A stretch of 28,059 bases of DNA, taken from a virus. The first letter of the stretch is position 1; the number at the start of each line of letters is the position of its first letter. The stretch spans positions 1 to 28,059 of the IMG/VR virus record IMGVR_UViG_3300036963_000407; one strand, 5' to 3'. The notes under the pieces were generated by a model. The model did no database searches. It was not told the origin of the DNA and worked only from the letters and a program-made list of their open reading frames with translations. Shown piece by piece: positions 1-7,727 of the stretch. The position numbers and the translations under genes are program-made.

Positions 1-9
1 TGGTATTAT
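1..9 (+). promoter_or_regulatory. candidate extended -10 promoter of the tmRNA gene
   Basis: TGgTATTAT resembles TGnTATAAT and would place the start site near 15-16, just before the tmRNA acceptor piece. The -35 region lies outside the window. Confidence 0.35.
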
Positions 10-15
10 ATTTAA

Positions 16-280
16 GATATTGAGACACTCCGAAAGGATAGTTAGAGAGTAGGTATGTAAGACGCGGGTTCGATTCCCGCCGCCTCCACGATTCTTTTCC
101 GTTGGAAAGGAACTTATAAAGGCTTTGATGATTGAGCCAGCTAATCAATCATAAATGGGGATGACTTGGCTTTGATTGCATACTAAGGGTAATAGCGAAC
201 ATCTCAAGACGCAATTAAACGGCGAACAGTTTAAAGAGTATCGTATGGCAGCTTAAGAAGTTTGTATACGACAAATGAAA
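16..280 (+). ncRNA. ssrA: tmRNA, circularly permuted two-piece form (acceptor piece ~16-88, intervening segment ~89-156, coding piece from 157)
   Basis: T-arm GCGGG-TTCGATT-CCCGC (64-80) and acceptor 3' strand CGCCTCC-A (81-88) precede the 5' end GGGGATGA-CTTGGCTTTGA (157-175). The alanine determinant G3-U70 is present. TTGCATAC (176-183) pairs with GTATGTAA (53-60) and TCTCAA (202-207) with TTGAGA (20-25). A tag ORF lies at 221-256. The ends are approximate. Confidence 0.88.
221..256 (+). other. tmRNA tag reading frame (A)GEQFKEYRMAA*
   Basis: The frame follows ATTAAAC, starts at resume codon GGC and ends GCA GCT TAA (Ala-Ala-stop). The stop lies in a hairpin (TCGTAT 241-246 pairs with ATACGA 266-271). 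Confidence 0.82.
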
Positions 281-308
281 AAAAGGGTGGAATTAATTCC
301 ACCCTTTT
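281..308 (+). terminator. intrinsic terminator after tmRNA
   Basis: Perfect 28-nt palindrome AAAAGGGTGGAATTAATTCCACCCTTTT. Confidence 0.8.
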
Positions 309-328
309 AAATTAAACATAATTTATGT

Positions 329-958
329 ATGTCTAAGCATTATTATAATTATTTCTATCGAGTAGTAAATTTAATTACAGAAAACTTTTATTATGGGGTA
401 CATAAAACTTCGAACTTAAACGACATGTATATGGGTTCGGGCAAATACATTAAAAATGCAATTAAAAAATATGGAAAAGAAAATTTTAAAAGAGAAATTT
501 TAAAATTTTTTAATACATTTGAAGAAGCATTGGATTATGAAGCAAAAATTGTAAATGATAATGTTTTAAACGACCCCAAATGTTATAATTTAAAAATAGG
601 AGGCAAAGGCGGCTCAGCAAAGGGCAGGATTTCTCCTATGAAAAATAAACATCATTCTGAAATTACTCGAAAAAAAATTAGTAATAGCGAAAAAGGAATA
701 TCAAAAAATAAGGGTATGCGCATGTCAGACATTACTAAAAGAAAGATTAGTCTTAATAATGGTATGCGTAATAATGGCTATTTAGTTTCAGGAAATAAAA
801 ATGGCATGTTTAATAAAACTAAGGAAAAAAATCCGAATTATAATACAATTTGGATATACAATAAAGATTTAAACTATACAAAAAGAATAGATAAAACTTT
901 ATTAGATGAATATCTTTTAAAGGGATGGGTAAAAGGGAGAAAAACTAAAGCTACCTAA
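329..958 (+). CDS. free-standing GIY-YIG (Seg-like) homing endonuclease with NUMOD3-like repeats
   Basis: YFYRVVNLITENFYYGVH...YMGSG...IKKYGKENFKREIL N-terminal domain, HSEITRKKIS and MSDITKRKIS repeats, and a C-terminal GWVKGR motif. Confidence 0.85.
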   Translation: MSKHYYNYFYRVVNLITENFYYGVHKTSNLNDMYMGSGKYIKNAIKKYGKENFKREILKFFNTFEEALDYEAKIVNDNVLNDPKCYNLKIGGKGGSAKGRISPMKNKHHSEITRKKISNSEKGISKNKGMRMSDITKRKISLNNGMRNNGYLVSGNKNGMFNKTKEKNPNYNTIWIYNKDLNYTKRIDKTLLDEYLLKGWVKGRKTKAT

Positions 959-994
959 GTGCCGGCTTTTTTTATCTTTTTTCATAGAAGTAAA

Positions 995-1010
995 GAATAT
1001 ATAAATAAAA
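995..1010 (+). promoter_or_regulatory. late-type promoter motif
   Basis: GAATATATAAATAAAA contains the T4 late -10 sequence TATAAATA (1000-1007) and lies upstream of ATG 1025. Confidence 0.5.
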
Positions 1011-1024
1011 TAAATGTTAAAGAT

Positions 1025-1306
1025 ATGAAGGCTAGAACAATCAATGAACACGACTGGGACGATGAAAGATATGAAGGCGAAGACGGCCCTTTTATCAAAG
1101 ATGATGGCTGGGATGAAGATGCTCTTGAAGAAGTAGGATTAATAGATTGGATGGAAAATGTGCAGCGCCTTCAATACGAAATTCTTAATGCTAGAAGAGG
1201 TTCTTACGGCATTAGCGGAACAACAGCAGAATATCTTGTTGGTGATCTAGAGGAATTAAAACGAAGTCTAGAAGCTATAATAGAAAATATACAAGACGAA
1301 CTTTAA
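1025..1306 (+). CDS. hypothetical acidic protein, possibly head-associated
   Basis: Start moved from 959 to ATG 1025 (MKARTINE...) because the promoter-like motif lies between them. The protein is very acidic. Confidence 0.6.
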   Translation: MKARTINEHDWDDERYEGEDGPFIKDDGWDEDALEEVGLIDWMENVQRLQYEILNARRGSYGISGTTAEYLVGDLEELKRSLEAIIENIQDEL

Positions 1307-1326
1307 ATATTAATATTAAAGCATAA

Positions 1327-1343
1327 GAATATATAAAATAAAA
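1327..1343 (+). promoter_or_regulatory. late-type promoter motif
   Basis: GAATATATAAAATAAAA, 8 nt before ATG 1352. Confidence 0.55.
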
Positions 1344-1351
1344 CCATACTT

Positions 1352-1891
1352 ATGAAAACAGGTAGTTTCAACATTAATGATTATTTAGAAAAACTTTATG
1401 AAGATGCACTTCCTATGATGGATGGGGGAGAAGGATTAACAAATGCCGATGGTCTTATTATTCCAGATGAAAATAAGAAATCTTATGATTGGCTTAAAAA
1501 AGAATATCAAAAGAGCCAAACAGAAATTAAAGTTGAAATTAAAATGGGTGATGCCAAGTTTGATCCAAGATATGACCTACAAACGGACCTTGATTCCGTA
1601 AAAGAATTTAAACCTGGAATGTATGGGGAAATTAAAACTAAAGACACACCTGATACAAAAGATCAAAATTCTACGGGAAAATCAAGTCTTGACCCAAAGA
1701 AAAATAGCGCATCATTTACAAAGGAAGAAGGCGAAAAAGATAAATCTGATGAAACTGTTGAAAATAAATCTAATATAAATAAAAAATCATCTGTATCATT
1801 AGATAAGAATAAAGACGAAAAAGAAGAAAAGAAACAACCTTTGGATGATAATACTAAAGTTAAGAAGATTGATCTTAAAACCAAAAAATAA
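1352..1891 (+). CDS. hypothetical protein with a charged low-complexity C-terminus
   Basis: 179-aa ORF with the promoter motif upstream and a TAATG overlap with the next gene. Confidence 0.65.
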   Translation: MKTGSFNINDYLEKLYEDALPMMDGGEGLTNADGLIIPDENKKSYDWLKKEYQKSQTEIKVEIKMGDAKFDPRYDLQTDLDSVKEFKPGMYGEIKTKDTPDTKDQNSTGKSSLDPKKNSASFTKEEGEKDKSDETVENKSNINKKSSVSLDKNKDEKEEKKQPLDDNTKVKKIDLKTKK

Positions 1892-2172
1892 TGAAGAAAG
1901 ATAATCTATTAGCAGATTATTTGAATAACGCTAAGGAAAATTCATTGCCTGAAGAAGACATAGCTCAAATGTCAGAAAAAACGTGGCCTGAACTTTTAAC
2001 ATTAAATTTAACATCATTTTTATTGCTTGTTACTCGTTCAGTCGTGTTTGGTTATTCATTAAAAATATTATTTGGCACAAACTGGGCTTTTATTGAAACG
2101 ATATGTATAGGTTTAGGAATTGTATTTATATTTTCTTATTTAACAAATATTTTATCAATCTTTAAAAAATAA
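1891..2172 (+). CDS. small membrane protein (about 2 TM helices)
   Basis: Hydrophobic stretches LTSFLLLVTRSVVFGYSL and ICIGLGIVFIFSYLTNIL. Stop/start overlap with the previous gene. Confidence 0.6.
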   Translation: MKKDNLLADYLNNAKENSLPEEDIAQMSEKTWPELLTLNLTSFLLLVTRSVVFGYSLKILFGTNWAFIETICIGLGIVFIFSYLTNILSIFKK

Positions 2173-2176
2173 ACAA

Positions 2177-2851
2177 ATGTCGGCAAAAATAATCTGTCTA
2201 GAAGGACTTGACTCTAGCGGAAAATCTACGCAAGTTATTTTATTGACTAATTATTTAGATAAACATAGATTATCATATAGGTTTATTCATTTTCCTACAT
2301 ATGATAAAACCGTTGCAGGAAAAGTCATATCATCTTTTCTTTGTGGTGATCTCGGCGATATAAACGAAGTTGACCCAGTATTTGTGGCTAATATTTATGC
2401 AATGGACAGATATCTTTATCTTTCAAAAATAAATGACATACTTGATAAATATGATGTTTTAATTTTAGATAGATACGTATTTTCAAATATGGCATATCAA
2501 GGAGCGAAAGCAAAAACTGATTCACATACAAAAGAATTAAGAGATTGGATATATAATTTTGAGTTTAATTTTTTAAAACTTCCTTATCCCGATTTAACTA
2601 TCTTTTTTGATGTTCCTATTAAAATTATCAAACAAAGATTAGAAACTCGGCGAACCGGAACTGATAGAGAATATCTTAAAGGAAAGGAAGACATTCATGA
2701 AAAAGACATAAAATTTCAATCAAAGGTTAGAGATAACTATTTAGCATTAAAGGGCTACAGTAAGTATGTGATAATACCGACAAAGACGCTGTCTCCTGAT
2801 AAAATTTTTAATAAGTATGAAAATTATTTATCATTTGTTTTAAATGTTTAA
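2177..2851 (+). CDS. tmk: thymidylate (dTMP) kinase
   Basis: P-loop LEGLDSSGKSTQ, LILDRYVFSNMAYQ (DRY motif) and PDLTIFFDVP. Confidence 0.93.
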   Translation: MSAKIICLEGLDSSGKSTQVILLTNYLDKHRLSYRFIHFPTYDKTVAGKVISSFLCGDLGDINEVDPVFVANIYAMDRYLYLSKINDILDKYDVLILDRYVFSNMAYQGAKAKTDSHTKELRDWIYNFEFNFLKLPYPDLTIFFDVPIKIIKQRLETRRTGTDREYLKGKEDIHEKDIKFQSKVRDNYLALKGYSKYVIIPTKTLSPDKIFNKYENYLSFVLNV

Positions 2852-3140
2852 AAATAAGAGTATGGCATACACGTACCCGAATAAACCGAACTCCGAAAAA
2901 AATAAAATCAATGAATATATTTCTGATTATGCAGAAAATAAAGTTCTGTATGATTTAATGAAAAAACATTCGCCGTATCATGTAAAAATAATAGAAGACA
3001 TTTCTGACAATTGGTTTATTCAAATTTTATTCTATAAACGAGGAACAGGGGTTATTGTAGATAAGCATTCTATTATTCGACCGGATTTAAAGACATGGAT
3101 AAGCTATTTAGAATCTTTGGGATATAAAATTGTTAATTAA
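2844..3140 (+). CDS. hypothetical protein
   Basis: 98-aa ORF overlapping the tmk stop. The start could instead be ATG 2862. Confidence 0.55.
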   Translation: MFKNKSMAYTYPNKPNSEKNKINEYISDYAENKVLYDLMKKHSPYHVKIIEDISDNWFIQILFYKRGTGVIVDKHSIIRPDLKTWISYLESLGYKIVN

Positions 3141-3258
3141 TTTTTATTTAACAGATAAAAAGTATCAAAAACGTCTTTTTGGTTTATATTTATATAAAAA
3201 CTTTTGAATATTCAATAAATATAATTAAATAATTTTTTAAACTAAAATAAGTTAATTT

Positions 3259-3567
3259 ATGGCAAATAACGTTACAAATCCTATGGATCAAGCACTTACA
3301 GTTGATTCAACGCAAAAAATTGAAACTAAAGCATACGTTCCAACGTATCGAATTAAACCCGAATTTAGAAAAGCTATCCTACAAGCTATTGGGGATATGC
3401 CCTTTAACCAGATTGCAGGCCTTATTAATGCAATTGATGTTGAAACAATAGATCATCAGACATTGACTCAAATTGTTAACGCACTTGGGCAATTTCCCTT
3501 TGTAAGAGTAGAAAATCTTATGAAAAACATCAGTTCGTACGTACAACAGGTTATTGATGACGATTAA
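3259..3567 (+). CDS. hypothetical protein with an internal two-fold repeat
   Basis: AILQAIGDMPFNQIAGLINAI resembles QIVNALGQFPFVRVENLMKNI. Confidence 0.6.
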   Translation: MANNVTNPMDQALTVDSTQKIETKAYVPTYRIKPEFRKAILQAIGDMPFNQIAGLINAIDVETIDHQTLTQIVNALGQFPFVRVENLMKNISSYVQQVIDDD

Positions 3568-3610
3568 AAACACATATAAACATTAAAACACGTATAAACA
3601 AAAATAAACA
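3564..3610 (+). repeat. about 2.5 tandem copies of an ~18-bp unit upstream of the sigma gene
   Basis: TTAAAAACACATATAAACA / TTAAAACACGTATAAACA / AAAATAAACA. Confidence 0.6.
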
Positions 3611-3629
3611 TTTTTTACATTTTTTATTT

Positions 3630-4253
3630 ATGGCTAAAGACACAAGTATTCAAACGTTAGCATTGAATTTTATAAAAAACAAAAATAACGAAAATTTTTC
3701 AAATCTTATTAAACGTCTTAAGCCCGGTCTTTTTTCTTTTGTGTACAATTTTGTAAAAGATAAAGATCTTGCAAATGATGTTGTTTCGCAAACTATCATT
3801 TTGATGTGGCAAAAAATTGATCAATACAATCATAAGTACAATTTTTCAACATGGGTTTATGCAATTGCAAAAAATGAATCGTTAGGTGCTATAAGACAAA
3901 AGAATAAAGTTTTGTCTTATGATAAGTACATGAATAATCATTCTCGTTTACTTCAGTTATATAATCCCGTTTTTAACATGAATACTGAAGTAATAGGCCC
4001 GGTTGGAGAAGAACTTACACGAAAATTATTTGACGCCTCATTAGCTGTCATTAATGAATTAAAAGAGCCATATCGTACAGTTATGTTAGAAAGAGAAATT
4101 AAGCAAAAACAACTTAATGACATAGCAAATGATTTAGGATGGAATTTATCAACTGTTAAAACAAGATTACGTAAAGGACGAAAGGATGTAGCAGAAGTTT
4201 TATATAAAAAATATCCTGATTTAGTGGATTCGTATCTTGGAAATGAAACTTAA
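3630..4253 (+). CDS. RNA polymerase sigma-70 family factor, ECF-like (regions 2 and 4 only)
   Basis: LANDVVSQTIILMWQKIDQY...FSTWVYAIAKN (region 2) and LNDIANDLGWNLSTVKTRLRKGR (region 4.2 HTH). The 207-aa length is typical of ECF sigmas. Confidence 0.88.
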   Translation: MAKDTSIQTLALNFIKNKNNENFSNLIKRLKPGLFSFVYNFVKDKDLANDVVSQTIILMWQKIDQYNHKYNFSTWVYAIAKNESLGAIRQKNKVLSYDKYMNNHSRLLQLYNPVFNMNTEVIGPVGEELTRKLFDASLAVINELKEPYRTVMLEREIKQKQLNDIANDLGWNLSTVKTRLRKGRKDVAEVLYKKYPDLVDSYLGNET

Positions 4254-4746
4254 AACTGATATGTTTAATTTTTTAAAACCAAAAAACTGGGGTATCGTTA
4301 AAGTATATCGAGATCTTGAGAATTTTGCTGATTGGAAAAGAACTGTTCGTAGAGAAGAGGCTAATCCTAATTCAAAATTTTCTAAATGGAATATGCAACG
4401 AACAGCCTTCTATGACATTTATGTGATCATTAATCTTGAGGAAGAAGATTATAATTTACCAGAAGTTGTTAAACGAACAAAAATTCTTGAATCATTATCT
4501 CCGATTAATAGATATTTAGATGAAGATTTAGGATTTGCTGAATGCTTAGACATTGAATTTAACCAATTTGAAGACGAAAAGGGTGTATTAACGTTATCTT
4601 ATCTTATTTTATATAGATTTAGATTTGAAAAATTTTCTTTAAAATGGATTATTAAATCATTAATTATTTTAGGCGTTATAATTTTCTTCATTGTAAGATT
4701 TGATCTGATACAACAATTTATATCTTGGGTCGTAAGTATTTTTTAA
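4243..4746 (+). CDS. protein with a C-terminal transmembrane anchor (candidate anti-sigma)
   Basis: ATG 4243 is preferred over TTG 4237 and overlaps the sigma stop. C-terminal IIKSLIILGVIIFFIV is hydrophobic. Confidence 0.6.
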   Translation: MKLKTDMFNFLKPKNWGIVKVYRDLENFADWKRTVRREEANPNSKFSKWNMQRTAFYDIYVIINLEEEDYNLPEVVKRTKILESLSPINRYLDEDLGFAECLDIEFNQFEDEKGVLTLSYLILYRFRFEKFSLKWIIKSLIILGVIIFFIVRFDLIQQFISWVVSIF

Positions 4747-4749
4747 ATA

Positions 4750-5529
4750 ATGTTTCAGTTTGATAAAGAAAATATACGTTGGATAAAAGATGAACGTGGA
4801 TTACCATCTTGCTATTATAGAATAAAAATCCCAAGTGTTAGCACTATTTTATCAGAAATGGTTCCTGATCCAGACTTTGAACAATGGGTTCTACGTATAG
4901 GAAAAGAAAAGGCCGAACAGATAATGACCGTAGCGGCCAATCGGGGTTCATCCATGCATCTTTTTATTGAAAACTTTATAATCCATTACCATCAAACTAA
5001 AGATGTTTCTAAGGCCCTAAAATACACACAGGAGGAAAGCCCTAAAAATCTTATAACTGAAAACATTCCTGCTGTAAAAATTGAAGAAGGGCGTGATTTA
5101 TTTTACAAGTTTTATTATTCAGATTATGCCCAACAATTTTCTGAGATGATAGCAGTAGAAATGGGAATATTTTCAGCATCATTATTTTATCGAGGAAAAT
5201 TAGATATTTTATATAAAGATAGAAATTTTGGATTGTCTCTCACAGACTTTAAATCATCTAATGGGAAAATTAAAAAAGGAAGCGTTAAAGAACTTAAATA
5301 TAAACTTCAACTTGGAGGTTATGCTTTAGCTCTTGATGAAATGTATAAAGAAAAGAACATTATAATTAACAGGGCATCAATACTTTGTGTTGATAAACAA
5401 AGCGATATTTTGCAAGAAATAGAATCTGTAGGCAAAGAATTAGCCGAGTATAAAGAAAAATTTAAAGAATTAGTAGTTCAGTATCATATTAAAAATAACA
5501 CAGAGTATTTAATTAATGATAGAGAATAA
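4750..5529 (+). CDS. PD-(D/E)XK (Cas4-like/lambda-exo-like) phage exonuclease
   Basis: PSVSTIL, RGSSMHLFIE, YRGKLDIL, LTDFKSS and LQLGGYALA motifs. Confidence 0.82.
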   Translation: MFQFDKENIRWIKDERGLPSCYYRIKIPSVSTILSEMVPDPDFEQWVLRIGKEKAEQIMTVAANRGSSMHLFIENFIIHYHQTKDVSKALKYTQEESPKNLITENIPAVKIEEGRDLFYKFYYSDYAQQFSEMIAVEMGIFSASLFYRGKLDILYKDRNFGLSLTDFKSSNGKIKKGSVKELKYKLQLGGYALALDEMYKEKNIIINRASILCVDKQSDILQEIESVGKELAEYKEKFKELVVQYHIKNNTEYLINDRE

Positions 5530-6286
5530 AGATAAATTACATAATTTTCCGACTGTTAATTGGATAACGTTAGAAAAATCTGTGGATCGTAAAGAATACA
5601 TGATTTCACAACTAGATTCTTTAGGCTTAAAACATAATATGATAGAAGGTTATGATGGCTTAACTACAGATTACACGAATAGCCCTATTGTAAGCGGAGA
5701 CTTTTTTTATCAAATGAATTCTCCTCAAATTGCTATCTCGATAAGTCATGTAAAAAATATAAAGAACTGGTTTGAAAATACTGATGAAAATTATGGCGTT
5801 TTCTGTGAAGATGATGTTTTATTTGAAACAGTTAATTATTGGAATTTTACATGGGATGATATTATTAATAGATTACCTGAAAATTGGCAAGTTGTTCAGC
5901 TTTCTCTTATTAAAGACAATATATCTGAAGAAGATATGAAATTGAACAAACGTTATAACATAAATTGGAGTGCAGCTTGTTATATTCTTACTCGAGAATA
6001 TGCTAAATATTTTTTATCTAAATATGTTGAAGACAATGGGCATTATAGCTTAAGAGTTCCTGATGGGTTTGTTCCTTATTCAGAAAACATTATTTTTTTC
6101 AATGAGCATCATCCATTAAGACTAAGCTTGCCGCTTTTTACTACTGCTAATTTTCAAAGTGTTTTCACCCCATTGTTTTTTGACGATTCATATACAAATG
6201 TGCATTTAAAAAGTTCAAGCTTTATTCTTAATTGGTGGAAAACACAGGCTGATAATAAAAATCAATTAGATATATTGTTTCCTTAA
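5516..6286 (+). CDS. glycosyltransferase family 25
   Basis: WITLEKSVDRKEYM, SISHVKNIKNW, FCEDDV, WQVVQL and AACYILTREYA match the GT25 motif series. Confidence 0.82.
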   Translation: MIENKDKLHNFPTVNWITLEKSVDRKEYMISQLDSLGLKHNMIEGYDGLTTDYTNSPIVSGDFFYQMNSPQIAISISHVKNIKNWFENTDENYGVFCEDDVLFETVNYWNFTWDDIINRLPENWQVVQLSLIKDNISEEDMKLNKRYNINWSAACYILTREYAKYFLSKYVEDNGHYSLRVPDGFVPYSENIIFFNEHHPLRLSLPLFTTANFQSVFTPLFFDDSYTNVHLKSSSFILNWWKTQADNKNQLDILFP

Positions 6287-6312
6287 AACTTGAAAACTTG
6301 TTTTTTATATAA
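6284..6312 (+). promoter_or_regulatory. bipartite promoter-like motif
   Basis: TAAAAC-N17-ATATAA, upstream of ATG 6339. Confidence 0.35.
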
Positions 6313-6338
6313 AAAATAATTAAAATAAATTAAAAATA

Positions 6339-6971
6339 ATGACAAAAAAAGAAACTAAACTGAAAGTCGTCAAAGCTGAAGAAAATATCGGAAATATGGC
6401 AGATGAAGAAAATACAAATAAACCTACTCCTGAAGAAATAGAACAATATAAGAATGAATTTCAAGAGGCTCTTAAAGCTTTTTCAGAAGAGAAATGGGCC
6501 ATTAGCGATAAAGGAAATTTTGCTGCAAACGATGTTGGCTTATTCATTGAAGATTTCATGAATAGATTTGCGTTTTGGTCAAAAAACGGGTGGATGGGAA
6601 TGATAAAAATGTCAGAAGTTCTTCGACAAGCTATGTTATCTGCAGATGAAGAAACTCCTCTTTTGCTTGATTATCAGGCTCTTGAATTTTGCGCTTATAT
6701 GTTATCTAATCCGGGTGGAATAGGTCTTGAATTAGCACTAGAATTTGAGAAAATTGCCGATAAGTTCTCAAAAATTGGAATTGTTGTTGGAGAAAAACTT
6801 GAAGACGCAAGAAAAAAACTTAAGCATGTTCAATATCTTCAAGAAAAATGGGCAGCAAGTGAACAAGGCTTTTATCTTGCAGATTTAGAGAAAAATGCAG
6901 ATAAAGAAAATGAGAATGTTTCTATTGATGGAAACACAGTAGAAATAGATTTAACAAAGGAAGATAATTAA
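6339..6971 (+). CDS. hypothetical acidic protein
   Basis: 210-aa ORF followed by a terminator. Confidence 0.65.
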   Translation: MTKKETKLKVVKAEENIGNMADEENTNKPTPEEIEQYKNEFQEALKAFSEEKWAISDKGNFAANDVGLFIEDFMNRFAFWSKNGWMGMIKMSEVLRQAMLSADEETPLLLDYQALEFCAYMLSNPGGIGLELALEFEKIADKFSKIGIVVGEKLEDARKKLKHVQYLQEKWAASEQGFYLADLEKNADKENENVSIDGNTVEIDLTKEDN

Positions 6972-6993
6972 AATTTATTTATAGATATGTGCT

Positions 6994-7022
6994 AAGACTC
7001 AAGAAAACTTGAGTCTTTTTTT
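6994..7022 (+). terminator. intrinsic terminator
   Basis: AAGACTCAAG-AAAA-CTTGAGTCTT followed by a T-tract. Confidence 0.85.
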
Positions 7023-7031
7023 AACATATAA
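7003..7031 (+). promoter_or_regulatory. bipartite promoter-like motif overlapping the terminator
   Basis: GAAAAC-N17-ATATAA. A late-type AATATATAAAACAAAA follows at about 7048-7063. Confidence 0.3.
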
Positions 7032-7073
7032 ATTTAGGCATAAATAAAATATATAAAACAAAAAAACGTACAC

Positions 7074-7430
7074 ATGGCTACAACACCACAACAATTCTTT
7101 TCAAAAAACATGAAATGGTTTGCTTTAGCTTTATTGTTTTTACTTATGATTAAGAGTGTGCAAAGCTGCAACAGAAAAACTCTTTTGAATATGGGATCAA
7201 AACAATACATTGAGCAAATAGATTCTCTAAAAACTCTTTACAATAATTATTACAGGGATTCCCAGGACAGTATAAAGAAATTGAATTTCGAACTTAAACT
7301 TGCAAACGAACAGGTAAATGCTGCTAACAAAAGAGCTGAAGCTGTTCAATCTGCCGTTGAAAAAGTTCGTTCAAATACAACCATTACTGTTAAAGGCGCT
7401 GAAGAAGTTAAAGACACCTCTAAAAAATAA
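7074..7430 (+). CDS. N-terminally anchored coiled-coil protein (possible lipoprotein or i-spanin-like)
   Basis: KWFALALLFLLMIKSVQSC hydrophobic leader ending in Cys, followed by a heptad-like helix. Confidence 0.55.
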   Translation: MATTPQQFFSKNMKWFALALLFLLMIKSVQSCNRKTLLNMGSKQYIEQIDSLKTLYNNYYRDSQDSIKKLNFELKLANEQVNAANKRAEAVQSAVEKVRSNTTITVKGAEEVKDTSKK

Positions 7431-7435
7431 ATACA

Positions 7436-7717
7436 ATGAACGAAATTACTCCTGAATTAAGAGAAAAAATTGCGCTATATTCAAAACATTTGCATGAAAT
7501 TATTCATACAGATATTAGCGATGAAATGCTAAATGCTGTCAATATCAAAAGTGTAAGTATGATTAATGAAGTCATGACTGAATACCCAGCTGAACCACTT
7601 TTAATTGTTAAAAAATTAGATGGAACAGAAGAGCGCATCTGGGGATTTGTAAAAATCCCAGAATACTTGAATAATCTCATAGATCAAATTGAAAATTCAG
7701 GATACGTTAAAATATAA
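7436..7717 (+). CDS. hypothetical protein
   Basis: 93-aa ORF within the operon. Confidence 0.55.
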   Translation: MNEITPELREKIALYSKHLHEIIHTDISDEMLNAVNIKSVSMINEVMTEYPAEPLLIVKKLDGTEERIWGFVKIPEYLNNLIDQIENSGYVKI

Positions 7718-7727
7718 AAATCATTAT

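Noticed and set aside
57-91. Stand-alone tRNA (Ala) 3' half
   Set aside because: There is no anticodon arm. The GAC before the T-arm, the pairing to 157-183 and the tag ORF identify it as tmRNA.
947-973. Terminator after the first GIY-YIG gene
   Set aside because: A T-tract is present, but the stem (AAAGCT/GGCTTT) is weak with a long loop, so it is not called.
3204-3215. Perfect 12-bp palindrome TTGAATATTCAA
   Set aside because: It is a single, almost purely AT copy that is expected by chance in this genome, and I found no second copy.
4750-5529. CRISPR-associated Cas4 or a CRISPR locus
   Set aside because: There is no repeat-spacer array and no other cas gene, and the Fe-S cysteine cluster is absent. 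It is a common phage PD-(D/E)XK exonuclease.
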